Counted from the stretch's first letter, positions 40,936 to 51,702 are shown. The stretch is DNA of 64,000 bases from an uncultured Muribaculaceae bacterium (GCA_910584365.1 CAJUAF010000011.1:24493-88492), one strand, 5' to 3'. Program-made: numbers and translations. Notes: a model not told the origin generated them from the letters alone.

Positions 40936-43900
40936 ATGAAACAAATCTACCTATCTCTGATTGCCTGTCTTCTTGCCGTCACGGCTTCGGCGCAGGGAAA
41001 ACCGGTGCCGTACACGTCAATACTTTACGGCGATGCGGACTGGACAAATCTTGATAACAACTACGACGGTTCCACCTGGGCTGACAACACGGATATGCAG
41101 GCCAATCTGCTACAGAATTCTGTCGGCAAAAAGGGGAAGGTTTATACCTATAATTCATCTAACGCTGCCAATGACTGGCTTTTCTCTCCGCAGATTTCAC
41201 TGGAAGGGGGACGGCAGTATAAGATTTCGTTCTTCATGAACCGGGGAACGTATAATGAGAAAATCGCCCTGTATGCCTCCCGCGACAAGAAATGTAACAG
41301 CATTCTTTCCTCGGCCTCCCTGGAAAGATGGACCGGGCGCGGAAGTTCGAATGAGGAAATGAACCGTGCGGTAATCTTTACCCCTGAGGAATCAGGAGAT
41401 TATTATATCTCGCTGTATTGTTCCTCGGATGCCGATCAGGGTTATGTGGCCGTCACTGACTTCTCAATTGCGGAGAACGTCACTGTGGCCGGCCCGGTAA
41501 CCGGCCTTATCTGTACTCCCGGAGCCGATGATGCCATCGAGGCCACTTTGTCCTGGACATTGCCCGTGACCGATTCCTTCGGAGAGCCCCTCCCTGCTGA
41601 AGTAGTTTTCGAGGAAATTTCCGTGGCTCGCGACGGAGAGACCGTGGCGTCGCTGGAAGGTTCCGCCACTTCTTGGACCGATACCGAGGCTACCGGTCTT
41701 ACCGGAGGCACCCATATCTACGAAGTGAAAGTCAGGCTGAACGGCCAGTATTCGGCCGGCGCATCCGTTACTTCTCCCGTCATCGGAGGGGGACCTCTCT
41801 TCGCTATCCCTTACGATGCGGGCATAGCCTCCATGACGTCTGATGATTTCTCTTCACTGTGGCTGAAAGTCAAGGGTGCCGGTTCCGGAGCTTCCGACCG
41901 CGACTGGGAAGTTGTAGAGGATTATTATTCCGACAATTACATACGTTACTACGGGGGCGCCTCCTGGAGCGGTACCAAAGCCGACGAATGGCTGATTTCC
42001 CCGCGTATAAATTTCGTTACTCCGGGCCAGTATAAGGTAACAGCCCGCATTGACTACAATCCGACATCGGGGAGCGGCGAATATCAGCTTTCCATCCTCC
42101 TCGGAGCAGGATCCGAAACCGGAGGCTATACCCGTGAAATCGCTTCGGAATCCACGCTCGGCAACGGTTTGATTCTGGAAGGGGTGGTCTATATGGACCA
42201 GGCTGCCAAGCAGAATATCGCGTTGCATCTTGTTTCCCCGAACTGTAATACGGCTTTCAGACTATATTCCCTTACAGTGGAAGAAATGATTGTCAAGCCC
42301 GCGCAGATTACAGACCTCGCTGTCGCTGCAGAAGGAACAGACAAGGTCCGGCTGACCTGGACATGGCCCTCGAAAGACAATACTGGCGCCGATCTGTTAG
42401 CCATAACAAAAGCGGAAGTCTATCGCGACGATACTCTTGTCGGGACCCTTACGGAGAATCTTACGCCGGGCCAGGTGGCATCCTTCACCGATACGCCGGG
42501 AAGCGAGGGAGTATTCACCTATAAAGTGCTTGTTTATGCAGGCGATAATGTAGCCGAAGGGGAGCCGATGACAGTTACTTCACCCTGGATCGGAGAAGAG
42601 ACGCGCGAGGTGCCGTATTCCGTGGCATTTTACAGTGAGGACCCCACGAAAATGATGTGGACCGGCGTCAATGCCAATGACGACAAGTATCAGTGGGTGA
42701 TAGATAAAACCGCACGCCTGAATCTGGGGGATAACGGCGATCCTACTCCGGTTGACGATTATCTCCTCTCCCCCTATATAAGCCTGACGCCGGGATTCTA
42801 TGCCGTCACATATAAAATAAAAGGAGGTGGAAATGCCGCCGAATTCGCTGTCGGTCTTGTCCCCGACAAAGAGCAGACGGCGCCCACGTTCAGTCCTCTC
42901 GGAACTATCCATGGTGGTTCTTCTTACTCTTTCTCCACCCAGACCCTGACGGTCCGCGTGGACAGTGAACTGAAAGCAGCTGTCGCCCTCCATGCCGGCG
43001 GAGAGATTTCCGAGAACTATTCTTCGATGGAAATCGAGGAATTCTCGATAGAGCCTGTCCAGGTCTTCCCGGATGCTCCCGAAAACCTTAGTGTCGAGGC
43101 AGCTGCGGACGATGCGTTGCAGGCAACCCTTCGCTGGACTAACCCCGTCACTTCTTCGGCCCAGGGTGTGGTGCCCCTGATTACAAAAGCTGTTATTTCC
43201 CGCAAACCCTACGGACAGGATGCTGATTTCGAGGAAGTCGGAGAGGTTACCGATGGCCTGACAGCCGGCGAAGAGGGCGCCTGGACCGACACCTCTATCC
43301 CTGAATCGGGCGTATATGTCTATTCCGTACTTCTGCATGGACCGGACGGCGCCGGTGAGGATGAACTCTACGTGAGATATAGCGCCGAAGTGATTTCTGG
43401 CCGTATCGGCGCTCCTTATGCCGTGCCTTTCACTACCGCCAATGGCTTTATCATACCCGAATGGACTGTAATTCAGGATAATCCGGTGCGGACCTGGGAG
43501 TTTGCCTCCGACAGCGGATGCGCCTGGATGACTGCCTATGATTTTGATCCAAATGACTGGCTGATTTCTCCGCGTATTCTTCTTGAGGACGGCAAAGCTT
43601 ATAAGATTACAGCCGAATCAACTATGGATGTTATTGACGAAGATCAGAAGAGTGTATCATGGGATCTGCATCTCGGCTACGGCTTCACTGCGGAAGAGAT
43701 GTCCCTCCCCCTGGCTACCGTCGTCACTTCTGTCAGGGAACCTTCCGAACCACAGTCCGATTCGTTTATCGTTATCGCACGGAATTCTGAACCAGAGGAA
43801 ATACCCTCACTGCGCGTAGAGGAATCTGCTGTTATCGTTCCTGCCGGAGCCCTGACTGTCGGAATCCATGCCAATACGCGGGGTTATGTGAAGATACACG

Positions 43901-44133
43901 GAATCCAAATAGAGGAAACCGAATGGTCCGGAATCGGCGAAGTGACGGCAACCGATGCCGATGGGCTTCTTGCCGGAGCGCGTTCGGTCAAGGTATTCAA
44001 TCTCCAGGGCGTCCCGGTAATGGCCAATGCCCGTGCCTGTTCGGTTGATACTCTCGGGCTGGCTCCCGGGTTGTATATTCTTCTTGTAGAGAAGGATGGT
44101 GTTTCAGTGGCCATTAAGGTGGCGGTTCGCTGA
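40936..44133 (+). CDS. Large secreted adhesin-like protein with cleaved-adhesin-type and Fn3-like domains and T9SS-type CTD
   Basis: Four D(W/Y)L(F/I/L)SP-type motifs alternating with LxWTxP domains; ATG 40936 gives signal peptide MKQIYLSLIACLLAVTASA. Confidence 0.78.
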   Translation: MKQIYLSLIACLLAVTASAQGKPVPYTSILYGDADWTNLDNNYDGSTWADNTDMQANLLQNSVGKKGKVYTYNSSNAANDWLFSPQISLEGGRQYKISFFMNRGTYNEKIALYASRDKKCNSILSSASLERWTGRGSSNEEMNRAVIFTPEESGDYYISLYCSSDADQGYVAVTDFSIAENVTVAGPVTGLICTPGADDAIEATLSWTLPVTDSFGEPLPAEVVFEEISVARDGETVASLEGSATSWTDTEATGLTGGTHIYEVKVRLNGQYSAGASVTSPVIGGGPLFAIPYDAGIASMTSDDFSSLWLKVKGAGSGASDRDWEVVEDYYSDNYIRYYGGASWSGTKADEWLISPRINFVTPGQYKVTARIDYNPTSGSGEYQLSILLGAGSETGGYTREIASESTLGNGLILEGVVYMDQAAKQNIALHLVSPNCNTAFRLYSLTVEEMIVKPAQITDLAVAAEGTDKVRLTWTWPSKDNTGADLLAITKAEVYRDDTLVGTLTENLTPGQVASFTDTPGSEGVFTYKVLVYAGDNVAEGEPMTVTSPWIGEETREVPYSVAFYSEDPTKMMWTGVNANDDKYQWVIDKTARLNLGDNGDPTPVDDYLLSPYISLTPGFYAVTYKIKGGGNAAEFAVGLVPDKEQTAPTFSPLGTIHGGSSYSFSTQTLTVRVDSELKAAVALHAGGEISENYSSMEIEEFSIEPVQVFPDAPENLSVEAAADDALQATLRWTNPVTSSAQGVVPLITKAVISRKPYGQDADFEEVGEVTDGLTAGEEGAWTDTSIPESGVYVYSVLLHGPDGAGEDELYVRYSAEVISGRIGAPYAVPFTTANGFIIPEWTVIQDNPVRTWEFASDSGCAWMTAYDFDPNDWLISPRILLEDGKAYKITAESTMDVIDEDQKSVSWDLHLGYGFTAEEMSLPLATVVTSVREPSEPQSDSFIVIARNSEPEEIPSLRVEESAVIVPAGALTVGIHANTRGYVKIHGIQIEETEWSGIGEVTATDADGLLAGARSVKVFNLQGVPVMANARACSVDTLGLAPGLYILLVEKDGVSVAIKVAVR

Positions 44134-44163
44134 ATTATCTCCCTTTATTCCTGAACATTATAA

Positions 44164-44203
44164 CGGAGGGGCTGTGTCGCAAACGGGCGATGCAGTCCCT
44201 CCG
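44164..44203 (+). terminator. Intrinsic terminator
   Basis: CGGAGGGGCTGTGTCGC...GCGATGCAGTCCCTCCG followed by GTTTCTT. Confidence 0.7.
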
Positions 44204-44426
44204 GTTTCTTATGTGGATAATATATTTAACACGCGTTAACATTAATTGTGCAAAATATTAAACTGTGTCATATAAGGCTGAAATAAAAAATCTTTTTGTA
44301 ACTTGGCGGCGTTTTCAACTAAGAGTTTCCAATAAAAGAGAAAACTGTCTCACGGCTTTCAGCGGAACAGACGCTGAATTTCTGACAGAGATGGTAAAAA
44401 GGTACAAATTCATTATTTATGGTGTT

Positions 44427-46175
44427 ATGATTGAACGTTTCGTCAACCGTACCGATTTCGACAGCTATGCCGATTTCGCACAGAATTTCAAGCTGAATAT
44501 CCCTGATAACTTCAACTTCGCATACGACGTGGTCGACGCATGGGCCGCGGAGGAACCTGACCGCGAGGCACTTCTGTGGACCAATCCCGAAGGGGAAGAA
44601 CGCCGTTTCACTTTCCGGGACCTCAAGGAGCTTTCCGACCGGACCGCGTCATATTTCCAGAGCCTCGGAGTCGGCCGCGGCACCCGGGTGATGCTTATTC
44701 TCAAGAGGCATTATCAGTTCTGGCTCGCAATGATGGGGCTCCATAAACTCGGTGCGGTCGCTATTCCGGCCACCCATCTGCTGACAGCCGAGGATATAGA
44801 ATACCGTTGCCACAAAGCCGATATAAAGGTGATTTTCGCCGCCGGCGACGAGGATATTGTCCGCCACGTCGATGAAGCGATGCCTCATTGTCCCTCGGTG
44901 GAGTGGCGCATCTCGACCGGACCGTGTATTCCCGCCGGATGGCTTGACTTCGATGCCGGCATCGAAGCCGCTCCCCCTTTCCGACGTCCGGAAAAGGTCA
45001 ACGACAATTCCGATGTGATGCTGATTTACTTCACTTCCGGCACCTCCGGAGAACCCAAGATGGTGGCCCACGATTTCACCTATCCTCTGGGCCATATAGT
45101 GACGGCCCGCTTCTGGCATAACCTGCGACCGGGGGACCTCCATCTGACCCTGGCCGATACCGGATGGGGGAAAGCCGTCTGGGGAAAGCTCTACGGCCAG
45201 TGGATATGCGGAGCAGACGTCTTCGTATATGATTTCGACAAGTTCGTACCCGCCGATCTGCTGGGAGTGATGGAAAAATACCGTATCAACTCCTTCTGCG
45301 CTCCCCCGACTGTCTTCCGGTTCCTTATCCGGGAGGATATAAAGTCCTATGATCTCTCGGCCCTCGACCGCTGCTCTATCGCCGGGGAAGCGCTCAACCC
45401 CTCGGTCTTCGAAAAATGGAAAGAGCTGACCGGAATCTCCCTGCGCGAGGGATTCGGACAAACCGAAACTACACTTACCGTAGGCACTTTTCCCTGGATA
45501 GAACCGCGCCCCGGTTCGATGGGCCTTCCGAATCCTCTTTACGGCATCGACATCGTGGATGAGGAGGGGAACTCAGTCGGAGACAATATCAACGGCGAGA
45601 TCGTAATCCGCGCGGACAGAAACGGACGCAAGCCTGCCGGGCTGTTCAGGGAGTATCTTGACGACGAGGCGCTTACCGCCGAAGCCTGGCATGACGGAAT
45701 CTATCATACGGGGGATATCGCCTGGCGCGACTCCGACGGCTATCTGTGGTTCGTCAGCCGCAAGGACGACGTCATAAAGTCGTCGGGTTACCGTATCGGC
45801 CCGTTTGAGGTCGAGAGTGCCTGCCTTACCCATCCTGCCGTGGTCGAATGTGCCATCACCGCCGTACCCGACGATGTCCGGGGTCAGATTGTCAAGGCTA
45901 CCATCGTCCTGGCAAAGGATTATGTACGCCTGGCCGGCGCCGATCTTGTAAAGGATATCCAGAATCATGTGAAAAAAATTACGGCCCCTTATAAATATCC
46001 GCGCGTGGTGGAGTTCGTCAAGGAACTGCCCAAGACCATCTCCGGTAAAATCCGCCGTGTGGCAATCCGTGCTACCGATGCCGCCGGAAAGGCTGTGGAC
46101 GCTACCAATAAGGCTGCCTCCAAAGCGATGGAGTCAGCAGCTCCCAGGTCCCGGCGCCGTCACGGATTGGCTTGA
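44427..46175 (+). CDS. AMP-binding acyl-CoA synthetase (acetyl/short-chain)
   Basis: YFTSGTSGEPK, GFGQTE, YHTGD, LPKTISGKI; start taken at MIERF (44427). Confidence 0.9.
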   Translation: MIERFVNRTDFDSYADFAQNFKLNIPDNFNFAYDVVDAWAAEEPDREALLWTNPEGEERRFTFRDLKELSDRTASYFQSLGVGRGTRVMLILKRHYQFWLAMMGLHKLGAVAIPATHLLTAEDIEYRCHKADIKVIFAAGDEDIVRHVDEAMPHCPSVEWRISTGPCIPAGWLDFDAGIEAAPPFRRPEKVNDNSDVMLIYFTSGTSGEPKMVAHDFTYPLGHIVTARFWHNLRPGDLHLTLADTGWGKAVWGKLYGQWICGADVFVYDFDKFVPADLLGVMEKYRINSFCAPPTVFRFLIREDIKSYDLSALDRCSIAGEALNPSVFEKWKELTGISLREGFGQTETTLTVGTFPWIEPRPGSMGLPNPLYGIDIVDEEGNSVGDNINGEIVIRADRNGRKPAGLFREYLDDEALTAEAWHDGIYHTGDIAWRDSDGYLWFVSRKDDVIKSSGYRIGPFEVESACLTHPAVVECAITAVPDDVRGQIVKATIVLAKDYVRLAGADLVKDIQNHVKKITAPYKYPRVVEFVKELPKTISGKIRRVAIRATDAAGKAVDATNKAASKAMESAAPRSRRRHGLA

Positions 46176-46279
46176 ATGTCTCTCAGATTAACTGTTGTCC
46201 CCTCCGCCGGCTGGAATCCGCAGAGGGGACAACGGTGTATTATCGGGGGAGTGATAGCGCTGTGTTGGGGTTGGTACAT

Positions 46280-46346
46280 AAAAAAAAATTACTCGTCATC
46301 ACGACGAATAATCTTCTTACCTTAAATCTAATACCATGAAAAACTG
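46280..46346 (-). ncRNA. Candidate small RNA of about 65 nt
   Basis: -7 box TACCTTTG (46350-46357), single-stranded GTTTTTCATGGTATTAGATTTAAGG, terminator ATTATTCGTC-GTGAT-GACGAGTAAT followed by a T run. Confidence 0.65.
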
Positions 46347-46655
46347 ATGCAAAGGTAGAGCTTTTATGTTTTATAGCATAATTTTCGAGCAAAAATCTTT
46401 CTTCATTTAAGTTGGTTTAACATATGCCGAGCATTTAAAGGTTAAAATTTGCAGTTGTTAACAACTTGCCGGGCGCGCTCTGTAATTCCCCGGTCTAATT
46501 TACCAAAATAAAGTTATCGCTTCGGGTAATTAATCCCCGGCGGGACGCAAGGGAATTACACGGATTTTTGTAACTTTGCATTGAATTTTACCCCCCGGAC
46601 GCAGCGGCGCGATGACCCGCGCCCCCTTCCCCCGGGGAATATCGGCTGAATAATT

Positions 46656-48278
46656 ATGGCTCACGAAAATTTTGAAATGGTGGCGAAGACCTTCCAGGGT
46701 CTTGAAGATGTACTGGCTGAGGAACTGAGAGACCTCGGGGCCTTGAATGTAGAACCCGGAAAGAGAATGGTGTCGTTCGAGGGAGATCTCGAAATGCTTT
46801 ATCGCGCCAATCTTTGTTGCCGCACTGCCCTGCGTATTCTCAAACCGATTTATAAGTTTATCGCCCGCAATACGGATGAGCTGTATGAGTTCACCAAAGA
46901 ATTCGACTGGGGGTCGCTGATGAACGTAAACAGCACCTTTTCAATCGATACGGTGGCTTACAGCGATGAGTTCACCCACTCCCGCTTCGTTACCTACCGC
47001 GTCAAGGACGCTATCGTGGACTGGTTCAAGGACCGTTACGGCGAGGACAAGCGCCCGGGTGTGCGCCTCCAGGACGCCGATGTGATGATCAATGTGCATA
47101 TCGCCGGCGACCGGGTGACTCTCTCGCTCGATTCCTCGGGCGAATCGCTTCATAAGCGCGGTTACCGAGTGGCCCAGACCGAGGCCCCCATCAACGAGGT
47201 TCTTGCCGCCGGCATAATCCTAAAGAGCGGCTGGCGGGGCGATTGTCCGCTGGTTGACCCAATGTGCGGTTCCGGCACTTTTCTTATTGAGGCTGCCCTG
47301 ATTGCCGCCAATATCAATCCCGGCGTCTACCGCAAGCACTTCTCTTTTGAACACTGGCGAGACTTCGACGCCGAACTGTTCGACCGTCTTTACAACGACG
47401 ATTCCAACGAGCGGGAATTCGAATATAAGATATACGGGGCAGACATCTCCCCGAAAGCCGTCGAAATAGCGCAGAAGAATATACGCAGCGCCGGAGTAGG
47501 ACGCATGATCGAGCTGGAGACCAAGCCCCTTTCGGCCTGGGAGGAAGCTCCCGAAAACGGCATACTGATTACAAATCCCCCTTACGGCGAGCGTATCTCA
47601 TCGGAGGATATGGACGGTCTGTATGAGCTGATAGGTCAGAAACTCAAGAATGTATTCAAGGGCTACCACGCATGGATTATAGGCTACCGCGAGGAATATT
47701 TCCACCGTATCGGCCTGGCGGCCTCCATGAAGATGCCGATTCTGAATGGCTCACTCGAATGTCAGCTGCGCGAATACGTCATTTTCGAGGGGGATTACAA
47801 GCATTTCCGCAGCCAGGGAGGACGCCTGCGCGAACTCGAGGAGCGCAAGGACGACCGCCTCGATTCTCTGCGCGACCGCAAGAAGCGCGAGATGCGCCGG
47901 GAATTCAAGAGAGATTTCCGTCGCGATTCCGGAAAACCCGCTCCCGGAGGCAAATTCCGCAAAGACGCCAAAGGGGGAGCCCGTAAGGACTCCCGCAGGG
48001 ATTTCCGCCGCGACGAGGAGCGACCCTTCAGCGAGAAGCGGGCCGAACGGCGCGAATTCAACGCCGGAGTGCCACGCAACAAGCTTGAGGAACGCTATCA
48101 TCCCGGCAACCGCTCCAGGGACCGCCGCGACGAGGAGCGCCGCAGCCAGGAGAACCCCCTGGCCGTACGCCGCAATCCCCAGGCCCTGAAATCCATTACG
48201 GGAAAGCAGCCTACCATCCCGGTGATGCGTTCCCGCAAAGGATGGCGCAAGGACGACGAATCCGGCGCACAGTCATAA
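46656..48278 (+). CDS. THUMP-domain class I SAM-dependent RNA methyltransferase (RlmL-like) with long charged tail
   Basis: SLHKRGYR, DPMCGSGT, NPPYGER; -7 box at 46571-46578. Confidence 0.88.
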   Translation: MAHENFEMVAKTFQGLEDVLAEELRDLGALNVEPGKRMVSFEGDLEMLYRANLCCRTALRILKPIYKFIARNTDELYEFTKEFDWGSLMNVNSTFSIDTVAYSDEFTHSRFVTYRVKDAIVDWFKDRYGEDKRPGVRLQDADVMINVHIAGDRVTLSLDSSGESLHKRGYRVAQTEAPINEVLAAGIILKSGWRGDCPLVDPMCGSGTFLIEAALIAANINPGVYRKHFSFEHWRDFDAELFDRLYNDDSNEREFEYKIYGADISPKAVEIAQKNIRSAGVGRMIELETKPLSAWEEAPENGILITNPPYGERISSEDMDGLYELIGQKLKNVFKGYHAWIIGYREEYFHRIGLAASMKMPILNGSLECQLREYVIFEGDYKHFRSQGGRLRELEERKDDRLDSLRDRKKREMRREFKRDFRRDSGKPAPGGKFRKDAKGGARKDSRRDFRRDEERPFSEKRAERREFNAGVPRNKLEERYHPGNRSRDRRDEERRSQENPLAVRRNPQALKSITGKQPTIPVMRSRKGWRKDDESGAQS

Positions 48279-48323
48279 TTACAGAATTACCAACCACCGA
48301 TATTATAATCAGCAACCACTGAT

Positions 48324-49601
48324 ATGAACATCTTACTGCTCGGCTCGGGAGGGCGCGAATCGGCCCTCGCCTGGAAAATCAGCCAAAGCCCCGAATGTAG
48401 TTCACTGATAATCGCTCCCGGCAACGGCGGTACCGCCCGCTACGGCCGCAATCTCCCCCTTAAACCCACCGACTTCAACGCCGTCCTGGAGGCAATCCGG
48501 GAGAACGCCATCGACATGGTTGTCGTCGGCAACGAAGACCCCCTGGTGGGCGGCATCACTGATTTCCTCGCCGCGGAGGCGCCTGAGGTGCTTGTTGTCG
48601 GTCCTTCCCGCGAAGGAGCGCGCCTGGAGGGAAGCAAGGATTTCGCCAAGCAGTTCATGGAGGCCGAGGGGATTCCGACGGCCCGTTACCGCAGCTTCAC
48701 GGCCGAGACCGTAGAAGAAGGGAAAAAGTTCCTGGCCACACTTCAGCCCCCCTATGTGCTGAAAGCCGACGGTCTGGCAGCCGGCAAGGGTGTCCTGATT
48801 CTCGACAGCCTCGAGGAAGCCCGGAGACAGCTGGAGGAAATGCTCGGCGGAATGTTCGGCCAGTCTTCCGCCACGGTTGTCATCGAGGAGTTCCTGAGCG
48901 GCATCGAGTGTTCGGTATTCGTGCTGACCGACGGCAACGGCGGCTACCGCGTATTGCCCGTGGCCAAAGATTACAAGCGCATCCTCGAAGGGGACAAAGG
49001 TCCCAATACGGGGGGTATGGGAGCCGTAAGTCCCGTGCCTTTCGCCGATGACGCGTTTATGGAGAAAGTTGACAAGCGCATTATCCGGCCTACCATCGAG
49101 GGTCTGCGCCGCCGCGGCATCGACTATAAAGGCTTTATCTTCCTGGGCCTTATCAATGTCGGCGGGGAACCGATGGTCATCGAGTACAACGTCAGGATGG
49201 GGGATCCCGAGACCGAGGTGGTGATGCTCCGCATCGCTTCCGATCTTGTGCCTCTGCTTCGCGCCGCCGCTTCCGGCAATCTCGGTGATCTCCCCCTGGA
49301 GCATGACCCGCGGAGCGCCGCAACGGTGATGCTTGTTTCAGGCGGTTATCCAGGTTCCTATCCCAAAGGTATGGAAATCGTCGGGGAAGACGCCGCAGAC
49401 TTCACCCCCGACACGGTTATATTCCACGCCGGGACGGCCCGCAACGACGCTTCCCTGGTGACCTCCGGAGGGCGCGTAATGGCCGTCAGCAGCTACGGCA
49501 AAGACCTGGCTGAGGCCCTTTCACGCAGCTATGCCGTGCTTGAGAATATCAATTTCGACGGAAAGACTTTCCGCCGCGATATCGGCAACGAGTTTCTCTG
49601 A
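48324..49601 (+). CDS. purD: Phosphoribosylamine-glycine ligase
   Basis: [40 protein letters not shown]. Confidence 0.97.
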   Translation: MNILLLGSGGRESALAWKISQSPECSSLIIAPGNGGTARYGRNLPLKPTDFNAVLEAIRENAIDMVVVGNEDPLVGGITDFLAAEAPEVLVVGPSREGARLEGSKDFAKQFMEAEGIPTARYRSFTAETVEEGKKFLATLQPPYVLKADGLAAGKGVLILDSLEEARRQLEEMLGGMFGQSSATVVIEEFLSGIECSVFVLTDGNGGYRVLPVAKDYKRILEGDKGPNTGGMGAVSPVPFADDAFMEKVDKRIIRPTIEGLRRRGIDYKGFIFLGLINVGGEPMVIEYNVRMGDPETEVVMLRIASDLVPLLRAAASGNLGDLPLEHDPRSAATVMLVSGGYPGSYPKGMEIVGEDAADFTPDTVIFHAGTARNDASLVTSGGRVMAVSSYGKDLAEALSRSYAVLENINFDGKTFRRDIGNEFL

Positions 49602-49639
49602 TTCCGCTTTATTCCCAGATAATTGCTCTCCCAGGATAA

Positions 49640-50623
49640 TTGCTCTCTGAACGCGACATAACAGGTTTTCTCCACGCCCGCGCATCGGCTCTGATGCTGA
49701 TGGTGCTGGCGTGTGTACTTGCGTATATAGCCTACGTAAGAGGTGACGTGATCCATCTTGAGGGGGCGCTGGGCATCGGTCTGCTCCCCGCCGGACGGTG
49801 GATTTCCTCTCCGTTCTGGTCGCTGGCGGCGTCGCTGGGATGCACGGTCCTGATGGGCGCCCTGACAATCTACATCAACCGGGCGTTCAATGTCCTGCGC
49901 AGCCTTACGGCCCTGGTGGCGGGGATGTTCTGTGTGATGCAGACGTCGCTCCCCTCGGTCATCGGACAGTTCTATGGCGGAGATCTCATGGGAGTTCTTC
50001 TGCTGCTTTGCTCGGCGCTGCTGTTCAGCTCGTTCGCCGACAGCCGGTGTCAGCGGCGTGTCTTTCTGATTTTCTTCCTGATAACCCTGGCCGGTTTCAC
50101 GGATCTTTCCTATCTGCTTTATATCCCCGTATTTATCCTGGGATGCATACAGATGAGGATTTTCGACATACGCACTTTCCTTGCCGCCTGTCTGGGCGTC
50201 ATCACTCCCCCCTGGATCCTTTTCGGATTCGGACTTGTCCATCCCCAGCAGCTCCACTGGCCTTCGCTGGTGATGGCCTGGTCGATGTTCTACACTCCGG
50301 AAATGATTCATGCGCTTGTAGTGACCGGCTTTACGCTGGTCTGCGGCATAGGGTTCACGGTTGTCAACCTGCTGAAAATCCTGAGCTATAACTCCAGGGT
50401 GAGGGCCTATAACGGCTTCCTGACGATGATGCTCCTGGCCACCGGCCTGTTCATTCTTCTGAATTTCAATAATTTCGCATTTTATATTCCGATGCTTAAC
50501 TGTCTGACCGCGTATCAGATAGCTCATTTTTTCACTTACCGCCGCAATCTCCGCAGCTATATTCCGATTCTGGTGCTTATGACAGCCTATCTGGGATTCT
50601 ATTTGTGGGGAATCCTGTGGTGA
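49640..50623 (+). CDS. Conserved polytopic membrane protein (DUF6427-like, tentative)
   Basis: About nine TM segments; directly follows purD; TTG start uncertain. Confidence 0.65.
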   Translation: MLSERDITGFLHARASALMLMVLACVLAYIAYVRGDVIHLEGALGIGLLPAGRWISSPFWSLAASLGCTVLMGALTIYINRAFNVLRSLTALVAGMFCVMQTSLPSVIGQFYGGDLMGVLLLLCSALLFSSFADSRCQRRVFLIFFLITLAGFTDLSYLLYIPVFILGCIQMRIFDIRTFLAACLGVITPPWILFGFGLVHPQQLHWPSLVMAWSMFYTPEMIHALVVTGFTLVCGIGFTVVNLLKILSYNSRVRAYNGFLTMMLLATGLFILLNFNNFAFYIPMLNCLTAYQIAHFFTYRRNLRSYIPILVLMTAYLGFYLWGILW

Positions 50624-50647
50624 GGACCCCTATATACACTGTCCGCC

Positions 50648-51685
50648 ATGAAAAAGGTTGTGATCGACAAGTTTATCCCCTTTGAGGGGAATCCTTTCGA
50701 GGGAGTGGCCGAAATCGAACGGCTTGCGCCCGCAGATATAAACGCCGACACTGTCCGCGATGCCGACGCGCTGATTGTCAGAACCCGTACCCGATGCGAT
50801 GCGTCGCTGCTGGAAAACTCCCGTGTCGGTATTGTCGCTACGGCCACAATCGGCACCGACCACCTCGATTTCCCTTATCTCGCCTCACGCGGAATAAAGA
50901 CGGTCTCCGCGCCGGGCTGCAATGCCCCTGCGGTGGCCCAGTATGTCTTCGCATCGATATTTTCCATGGGGCTTGGTGACCCCGGTATGCGTCTGGGCAT
51001 TGTAGGACTTGGCCATGTCGGTTCAATCGTGGCTTCCTGGGCGCTGAACTTCGGGATGGATGTTTATGCCTGCGATATCCCCCGGCAGAGCCGGGAACAT
51101 GGCTGGAATCCGGCGGCTCCGCTGACCGCAGGGGATATCCCCTTCCGCTCACTGGAGGAAATCGCCCGCAAATGCGACGCGGTCACTTTCCATACCCCCC
51201 TGACGCGCTCGGGGGATTGTCCGACGTTCCATCTGCTTGACCGAGATTTCCTGTCAGTCGCTCCGAAAGCATTGGTAATCAACTCTGCCCGTGGCCCGGT
51301 GGCCGATACGGCAGACCTCATTGCTGCCCTGCGCCGGGGTCGCGTCGACAACGCGGCCATGGACTGCTGGGAAGGGGAACCCGGGATCTCCGACGAACTT
51401 CTACGCCTGTCCCGCATATCCACGCCGCATATAGCAGGTTACTCCATCGAAGGGAAAAAACGCGCCACGGCCGTAACCTTCAATGCCGTTCTGGAGTATC
51501 TGGGGAGCGACCGCAGAATCGACCCCGGAGTGGCTCTGACTGCGCCGGCGGCGGTGTCGCGCCAGGCTGTGACGGATTCCTACGACCCCCTGGCCGACAG
51601 TATTCCCCTAAAGTCGGACCCCTCCTCCTTTGAATCCCTGCGCAACCACTATCCCCTGCGCCACGAAGTTCCGTTCAAATCCTGA
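50648..51685 (+). CDS. pdxB: Erythronate-4-phosphate dehydrogenase
   Basis: VRTRT, TATIGTDH, APGCNA, GLGHVG, TPHIAGYS. Confidence 0.9.
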   Translation: MKKVVIDKFIPFEGNPFEGVAEIERLAPADINADTVRDADALIVRTRTRCDASLLENSRVGIVATATIGTDHLDFPYLASRGIKTVSAPGCNAPAVAQYVFASIFSMGLGDPGMRLGIVGLGHVGSIVASWALNFGMDVYACDIPRQSREHGWNPAAPLTAGDIPFRSLEEIARKCDAVTFHTPLTRSGDCPTFHLLDRDFLSVAPKALVINSARGPVADTADLIAALRRGRVDNAAMDCWEGEPGISDELLRLSRISTPHIAGYSIEGKKRATAVTFNAVLEYLGSDRRIDPGVALTAPAAVSRQAVTDSYDPLADSIPLKSDPSSFESLRNHYPLRHEVPFKS

Positions 51686-51702
51686 TAAATCATTTTCTCA
51701 CC

